Assembly: GCA_947457395.1 (NCBI GenBank)
Contig: CANGVA010000001.1
Coordinates: 195,687 to 259,686 of the forward strand
DNA: 64,000 nt
Reading direction: 5' to 3'
Source: Bacteroidota bacterium
Lineage (GTDB): Bacteria; Bacteroidota; Bacteroidia; UKL13-3
The position numbers and the translations under genes were made by a program. The notes beneath the pieces were generated by a model. That model saw nothing but the letters and a program-made list of their open reading frames with translations, ran no database searches and was not told where the DNA came from. Positions within the stretch are counted from its first letter, which is position 1; every line of letters begins with the position of its first letter. Shown piece by piece: positions 58,355-64,000 of this stretch.

Positions 58355-59119
58355 ATGAGAAAGAAAATAATTGCAGGCAACTGGAAAATGAACAAGTCCT
58401 TTGAGGAAGGTATGGCCCTTGTTACGGAAATATCGGGTATGTTAAAGGATGAATATAATGGAAGTGCAGAGGTAGTTATCATACCTCCTTTTACTCATAT
58501 AAATGCCATTAGCCGAATGCTTGCTGATGAGAAAAACATGTCAACCGGTGCGCAAAATTGCAGCAATCACGCAAGCGGTGCATATACCGGTGAGGTAAGT
58601 GCAGCCATGTTACAAAGTGTAGGTGCCAAATATGTCATCACCGGACACAGTGAACGAAGGCAATATTTTATGGAGCATAATGCATGGCTTGCGCAAAAAG
58701 TGAATGCCGTTCTATCTAATAAGCTAATCCCTATTTATTGCTGCGGAGAAACCTTGGAAGAGCGAGAAGCAAATAAGCATTTTGATATTTTGGAAACCCA
58801 AATAAGCGAAGGCTTATTTCATTTAACTGAAGCGCAGTTTGCGCAGGTGGTTATTGCGTACGAGCCAGTATGGGCTATTGGCACAGGTAAGACTGCAACA
58901 ACAGCACAGGCGCAGGAAGTTCATGCATTTATACGTAAACTTATTCATGCAAAATACGGAGAGGCTATAGCACAGAATACAACCATACAATATGGCGGAA
59001 GTGTGAAACCTGAAAATGCATCCGAACTGTTCTCAGCAGCGGATATTGATGGTGCATTGGTTGGTGGGGCCGCACTGCAAAGTCGCAGCTTTGTTGATAT
59101 TGTAAAAGCCATGCGATAA
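58355..59119 (+). CDS. tpiA: Triose-phosphate isomerase
   Basis: IIAGNWKMNK (catalytic Lys), ...GHSERR (catalytic His) and AYEPVWAIGTG (catalytic Glu) motifs. Confidence 0.95.
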   Translation: MRKKIIAGNWKMNKSFEEGMALVTEISGMLKDEYNGSAEVVIIPPFTHINAISRMLADEKNMSTGAQNCSNHASGAYTGEVSAAMLQSVGAKYVITGHSERRQYFMEHNAWLAQKVNAVLSNKLIPIYCCGETLEEREANKHFDILETQISEGLFHLTEAQFAQVVIAYEPVWAIGTGKTATTAQAQEVHAFIRKLIHAKYGEAIAQNTTIQYGGSVKPENASELFSAADIDGALVGGAALQSRSFVDIVKAMR

Positions 59120-59142
59120 GCGCAAATGATTTATAGCGTGAG

Positions 59143-59168
59143 GGCTGCCTTAAAGGCGGCCTTTTTTA
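59143..59168 (+). terminator. Rho-independent terminator after tpiA
   Basis: Stem GGCTGCC / GGCGGCC (7 bp including one U-G) with loop TTAAA, followed by T6. Confidence 0.6.
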
Positions 59169-59266
59169 TGGCTATACCCACAGTTTTTGCCAACCTTGGT
59201 GTGCAGAAATAAGCGGTGGTTTGATATCCTAACTTCATTTCTTTTCTTATTTTAGCCTTTTCATTA

Positions 59267-62200
59267 TTGGCTATGATCAAAAAAGCGGGTATCATTTTTA
59301 TGTTGATTTTCTGGGCTGCCTTTTCCAAGGCTCAATTGTCAACCGACCTAATACAGTTTAGTAACGACCTTGAAGATTTTATAAAAAAATCTGGCGGCAG
59401 CTCCGCACGTGATGCTGTTGATGAGTTTGTAGGTTATTACAACGCAGGGCGTTTCACCAATCCGCAAAAGATTCAAATCATACGCACATGCAATGAGATG
59501 ATAAACCGCCATACCCCCATGCCGGATTTTGAGAACTATTTACGCACCATAAACGGTATTTTTGAGAATAACCAGCAAAAAAAATTTGATAGCTGGCAAA
59601 AGGCTGCATATACAACTTTTTCAACCGGTGAGCCGGATGAATACCATGAATTCCTGCAAACGTCACGTAATATTTTTGCGGAGGGTATTGTGGCTCAGGT
59701 TGGCTCAATGAAGTGGATGAGCAGCAACCCGAATGTAGAGATGGAAACCAAAGGTGAGATTGGATTTGTGTTTAAGAATATTGATTTATTTTGCTACACC
59801 CAGGGCGATACTTTGGAGATTTACCGCACGTCCGGAAAGTATGTGCCTGCATTAAACTCATGGAAAGGCAGAGGAGGTAAGCTTGACTGGACCCGAGTAG
59901 CTATTGATAGTTCAAGCATGTTTGCTGAACTAAAGAGCTATGAAATTGATTTTGCTACAGGCTTTTTAAAGTCAGATTCGGCATTATTGAATTATCCTTT
60001 GCTGTTTGATAAGCCTTTACTAGGAAAGCTGGTTGATAGACCGATGGCCCAAAGTCAGGGCGAACGCTCCAACTATCCCCAGTTCATTTCTTATCAGCGT
60101 AATTTTTCCAAACTTAGTTTTGGTAAAGGAAAATTTACCGGATCCTTTGCCATGAAAGGGAAACGAATTAATGGTAAAGGTACCGATACGCTAAAGGCAG
60201 AGCTGTTGTTTACCTATAAAGATAAACCAACATTAAAGGTATTGGCCAATGACTTTGTTGTGAAGAATAATACAGTAGTTACAAACGAGGCCGCATTGGT
60301 TTTGTATCTCGATAAGGATTCTATTTATCACCCTCAGGTGCGTTTTAATTATCGTATTAATGATAATTTTATCAATATATACAGAAGTGAAGAGGGAATA
60401 AGTATGGCACCCTTTTATGATTCCTACCACAATGTTGAATTTTATTGTGACGAAATTAAATGGGATTTAACCAATCCTAAGATTGACATTGATATGGTTA
60501 ATGACAATGCACCTGCCAAATTTGAATCAATCAACTATTTCAGGGATATGAGGTATGAGAAGCAACAGGGAATACTAGCCTATAATCCGCTTAACCGAAT
60601 AAATTCATACTGTATAAAATTTAATGTAAAGGAGTTTTATGTTAACGATTATGCCGCAAACTTCAAAAGCAATCCGCAGGATATAGAGTTGCAGATGATA
60701 GATTTAAATGATAAGGGCTTTGTTGAGTATGATAAGAATAGAAAGTTTGTAAAGGTTAAACGCAAATTACAGGACTATGTAAATGCACATAACGGAAGAA
60801 CAGATTTTGATGCCATTGCGTTCTTCTCCATTATTAAGCGTATACCCAATGCAACAATTTCATTAATCAATAACGATTTACAAATTCAGGGGGTACCCAA
60901 ATTTTATTTTTCCGATTCACAAAATGTTTACATCATACCGCAGGATCAGGTGATCACACTTAAGAAAAATCGTGCCATGGATTTTTCAGGTAAGCTGCGC
61001 TCAGGGAAAGTTGATTTTTATGGAAACGGATTTTCATTTGATTATGTAAAATTTCAGGTGAGGCTTAATAACGTTGACTCCATGAAGTTCTTGTACAAGG
61101 ATGCAACCTTGGGTGCTGATATGCCAATAAAAAGTGCCATTGAGAATATTTATGGTACGCTTGCAATTGATCATCCGAATAACAAGAGCGGCAGAAAAAA
61201 ATATCCCGGTTATCCTATTTTCAAATCAGACATAGGTTCTAAGGTATTTTATAATAAGCCTAGCACGCAGAATGGGGTTTATGATAAAAACAGATTTTAT
61301 TTTGATGTAGATCCCTTTACCATGGATAGCTTAAATGACCTGAATCTGGAGGCATTGGCGTTAAGTGGCACATTTGTTTCAGGAGATATTGTACCCGATC
61401 TCAAATATAATCTATCATTACAACCCGATAAATCTCTTGGTTTTGTGCTAGATGGTCCGGAGGCAGGCTACCCTATGTATAGAGGCAAAGGGCGCGGATT
61501 TATTAGATTGTCATTGAGTGATGAAGGTTTATTTGGTAATGGGGAAATTAAATATTTATCCTCTACATCTAAATCAGATCAGTTTATACTGCTGCTTGAT
61601 TCAATGAATGCTCAGGTTAAAACATTCATAAACGATCGTACCGGTATCTATCCTACGGTTAAGGCAAATGAGGTATACGAACACTGGATGCCATATAATG
61701 ATTCCATGTATGTTCATAGCAGACAGGAGCCTATCAGTTTTTCTAAAAATAGAGCAACGCTTACAGGCACCTTGATGTTAACGCCAGACCGAACCGCTGC
61801 AGCTGGTAATATAGATGTAGAGCAGGCACAATTAAATTCTCGTAATTTCTGGTTGCAGCCGGATAATATTTTATCTGATACTGCTTACTTCCGCTATCGT
61901 TCCGTTGCTGACTCTGCTGTTTTTGCATTTGTATCAGGTGCAACCAAATGTAATGTTGACTTGGAAAATAGGATTTCCAATTTTGACTTCAATACATTTG
62001 ATCTCAATTCTGCATTTACATTTAATCAATATGCAGGATCATTTGCCCAATTCATCTGGTATATGGATCATAAGAAGCTGGATTTCCGTTCATACCTTCA
62101 TGCAGGTGAAGAGGTATCTTACCTGGTTTCTACTAACCCGCAGCAAGATTCCTTATTGTTTAAAACAGGTATCACAACTTTTGATGTTTCTGATTACACA

Positions 62201-63622
62201 CTCAGGCCCAGAAAAATTCCTTATATCAGTGTAGGTGATGCCAAAATATTTGTTGATAGCCAGAAGGTAGTTATTAGGCAGGCTGCTGATATGGACATAT
62301 TATACCGAGCCAGAATTGTTGCTGATAGTATGAATCGATTTCATAGTATTGAGAATGCAACCCTAAAAATAGGTGGTAAATTTATCTTAAGCGGGGTAGG
62401 TGATTATGAGTATATAGATCGTAAGAAAAATAAGCAGCTGTTCTATTTGCACGAAATAGGAATTAGCAGGGAGCACCATTTAATTGCTAAAACAAATATC
62501 CCTGACTCAATTAATTTTTATGTGGGCCCTAAAATATTATTCAGAGGTAACGCTAACCTAAAAAGTATAATCAAAAATTTGGAGTATGACGGGTTCTTCC
62601 TTGCTCAGCATAAAATGCCTATTCCCAAAACAGAATGGTTCCGCAATACTGCGGTAGTAAACCCGGACTCTGTTTTTATAAATGTAGCAGCACAAACCAC
62701 AAACCTTTCAAGGCAGGCCTTAATGGTAGGTGTAAATGTTTCAAATGATTCAACACACGTTTATCCACTGTTCTTTACGCGCAAACGCAATGGCTCAGAT
62801 CATGAACTTATGCGTGTAGAAGGAACATTGTTTTATGATGAAAAAACGAACGAGTTTAAAATGGGGGCTTATGATAAAATTTTTAAGGAGGCAACAAAAG
62901 GAAACATAATCGTACTGAATGAAGCTAAACAAAAGGTTACGTATGAAGGCAAATTTGAACTGGCTTTTAAAGGTAGCAAATTTGAGATAGGTGCCGCAGG
63001 ATCTGCAGTTTATTCGCTTGCTGATACCTCATTTAACATGAAACTGGTTGCGCTGCTTAATTTCCCATTTGCACAAAACGCCCTTCGCATCATGTACGAT
63101 TCTTTAACTGACCAGTCGTTAATGGCAGCACAACCGGAATTTAATCCGGAGTTTTTAACGAAGGCGCTTTCTGAACTGGTTGAAGAGAAAAATATTAAAC
63201 GTATTAACGAGGAAATTAATGAGAATAACAATATCCGTTTAATAAACGATTTGGAGAAAACCATTTTTATTTCTGATGTGCAGCTAAAGTGGAATCAAAC
63301 TACCCGCTCTTTTGTTTCTGTTGGCGAAATTGGCATCAACTCATTTGATAAGTACAAGTTTGAAAGAAAAATTAAGGGGATGATGGAAATTGTGAAACGT
63401 AGAAGTGGTGATGATTTTACTCTTTATCTTCAGTCTATGCAGGGTAGTTGGTATTTTTTCAAGTATCAGAAAGGTATTATGTATACAATAGCCTCAGATC
63501 CTATTTACAACAAGTATGTTAAAGATAATATTGATAAGGTATCTAAAGATGACTTCAAATTGAGGCTGGCTAATATTTCGGCACGCAACCAGTTTGTTAA
63601 AGCAATGAAAAATAAGCAATGA
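59267..63622 (+). CDS. Very large (1451 aa) hypothetical protein with a signal peptide or anchor; function unknown (an AsmA/TamB-like envelope role is only a possibility)
   Basis: N-terminal MAMIKKAGIIFMLIFWAAFSKAQ. N/Y/F/K-rich, beta-leaning composition. No catalytic motif recognised. Its stop overlaps the plsY start (ATGA at 63619..63622). Confidence 0.6.
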   Translation: MAMIKKAGIIFMLIFWAAFSKAQLSTDLIQFSNDLEDFIKKSGGSSARDAVDEFVGYYNAGRFTNPQKIQIIRTCNEMINRHTPMPDFENYLRTINGIFENNQQKKFDSWQKAAYTTFSTGEPDEYHEFLQTSRNIFAEGIVAQVGSMKWMSSNPNVEMETKGEIGFVFKNIDLFCYTQGDTLEIYRTSGKYVPALNSWKGRGGKLDWTRVAIDSSSMFAELKSYEIDFATGFLKSDSALLNYPLLFDKPLLGKLVDRPMAQSQGERSNYPQFISYQRNFSKLSFGKGKFTGSFAMKGKRINGKGTDTLKAELLFTYKDKPTLKVLANDFVVKNNTVVTNEAALVLYLDKDSIYHPQVRFNYRINDNFINIYRSEEGISMAPFYDSYHNVEFYCDEIKWDLTNPKIDIDMVNDNAPAKFESINYFRDMRYEKQQGILAYNPLNRINSYCIKFNVKEFYVNDYAANFKSNPQDIELQMIDLNDKGFVEYDKNRKFVKVKRKLQDYVNAHNGRTDFDAIAFFSIIKRIPNATISLINNDLQIQGVPKFYFSDSQNVYIIPQDQVITLKKNRAMDFSGKLRSGKVDFYGNGFSFDYVKFQVRLNNVDSMKFLYKDATLGADMPIKSAIENIYGTLAIDHPNNKSGRKKYPGYPIFKSDIGSKVFYNKPSTQNGVYDKNRFYFDVDPFTMDSLNDLNLEALALSGTFVSGDIVPDLKYNLSLQPDKSLGFVLDGPEAGYPMYRGKGRGFIRLSLSDEGLFGNGEIKYLSSTSKSDQFILLLDSMNAQVKTFINDRTGIYPTVKANEVYEHWMPYNDSMYVHSRQEPISFSKNRATLTGTLMLTPDRTAAAGNIDVEQAQLNSRNFWLQPDNILSDTAYFRYRSVADSAVFAFVSGATKCNVDLENRISNFDFNTFDLNSAFTFNQYAGSFAQFIWYMDHKKLDFRSYLHAGEEVSYLVSTNPQQDSLLFKTGITTFDVSDYTLRPRKIPYISVGDAKIFVDSQKVVIRQAADMDILYRARIVADSMNRFHSIENATLKIGGKFILSGVGDYEYIDRKKNKQLFYLHEIGISREHHLIAKTNIPDSINFYVGPKILFRGNANLKSIIKNLEYDGFFLAQHKMPIPKTEWFRNTAVVNPDSVFINVAAQTTNLSRQALMVGVNVSNDSTHVYPLFFTRKRNGSDHELMRVEGTLFYDEKTNEFKMGAYDKIFKEATKGNIIVLNEAKQKVTYEGKFELAFKGSKFEIGAAGSAVYSLADTSFNMKLVALLNFPFAQNALRIMYDSLTDQSLMAAQPEFNPEFLTKALSELVEEKNIKRINEEINENNNIRLINDLEKTIFISDVQLKWNQTTRSFVSVGEIGINSFDKYKFERKIKGMMEIVKRRSGDDFTLYLQSMQGSWYFFKYQKGIMYTIASDPIYNKYVKDNIDKVSKDDFKLRLANISARNQFVKAMKNKQ

Positions 63623-64000
63623 TAACTACCGTAATTTGTTTTTTGGCAGCCTATCTGTTTGGCTCTATCCCATCTGCAGTATGGATTGGTAAAGGTTTTT
63701 ATAATATCGATGTAAGGCAGCATGGCAGCGGTAATGCAGGCGCTACCAATACGTTAAGGGTGTTGGGCAAAAAAGCCGGTTTTATTGTGTTGGGCTTGGA
63801 TGCACTAAAAGGTTATGCTGCAGCATCACTTGCCGCATTTATACTACCCGAAATAACAGATCAAAATCAGCTGCTGATATACAAAATGCTACTTGGTTTT
63901 GTTGCTGTAATTGGACATGTTTACCCAATATTTGCAGGTTTTAAGGGTGGTAAAGGCATAGCAACCCTGCTGGGTATTGTTATTGCATTAAATTACTGGT
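63619..64000 (+). CDS. plsY: Glycerol-3-phosphate acyltransferase PlsY (5' partial, runs off the window end)
   Basis: MITTVICFLAAYLFGSIPSAVWIGKGF...HGSGNAGATN is the PlsY N-terminal signature. Truncated by the window end, so it is absent from the ORF track. Confidence 0.85.
   Translation, partial: MITTVICFLAAYLFGSIPSAVWIGKGFYNIDVRQHGSGNAGATNTLRVLGKKAGFIVLGLDALKGYAAASLAAFILPEITDQNQLLIYKMLLGFVAVIGHVYPIFAGFKGGKGIATLLGIVIALNYW

Noticed and set aside
59131-59328. Minus-strand 65-aa ORF spanning the tpiA terminator and the start of the 1451-aa gene
   Set aside because: It overlaps a terminator hairpin and the opposite-strand start region, and has no motifs. Likely spurious.
1-64000. Search for tRNA, rRNA, transposase, integrase, restriction-modification, toxin-antitoxin or other defence-system genes
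   Set aside because: Intergenic regions show no tRNA cloverleaf features such as GTTCGAATC-type T-arm motifs. No ORF shows DDE, tyrosine-recombinase, methyltransferase (DPPY/NPPY), helicase Walker motifs or nuclease motifs outside the housekeeping ruvA. None called.

Overview
This 64-kb window looks like a chromosomal segment of a Bacteroidota genome, probably Sphingobacteriia or Chitinophagia-like. That placement is an inference from three things: the type IX secretion system (T9SS) translocon gene sprA, five proteins carrying T9SS C-terminal sorting domains of types A and B, and Bacteroidota-style TAnnTTTG -7 promoter boxes with no Shine-Dalgarno sequences. Most of the window is housekeeping genes. 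The accessory content is five T9SS cargo genes of unknown function, two of them inside a low-GC islet (3512..7621) next to an XRE regulator. I found no rRNA, tRNA, CRISPR array, transposase or integrase. Four loci are the best candidates for undescribed biology. The first is the low-GC islet at 3.5-7.6 kb, which carries an XRE regulator and two T9SS cargo proteins with no recognisable domain. The second is a translationally coupled operon at 25.5-29.3 kb encoding a LysM-glucosaminidase, a polytopic membrane protein and a PLP enzyme. The third is an FG-GAP adhesin containing about eight near-identical 159-bp tandem repeats at 45.0-46.3 kb. The fourth is a 1451-aa protein that overlaps the plsY start by 4 nt. 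Every functional call rests on motif and architecture recognition by eye; no database search was run.
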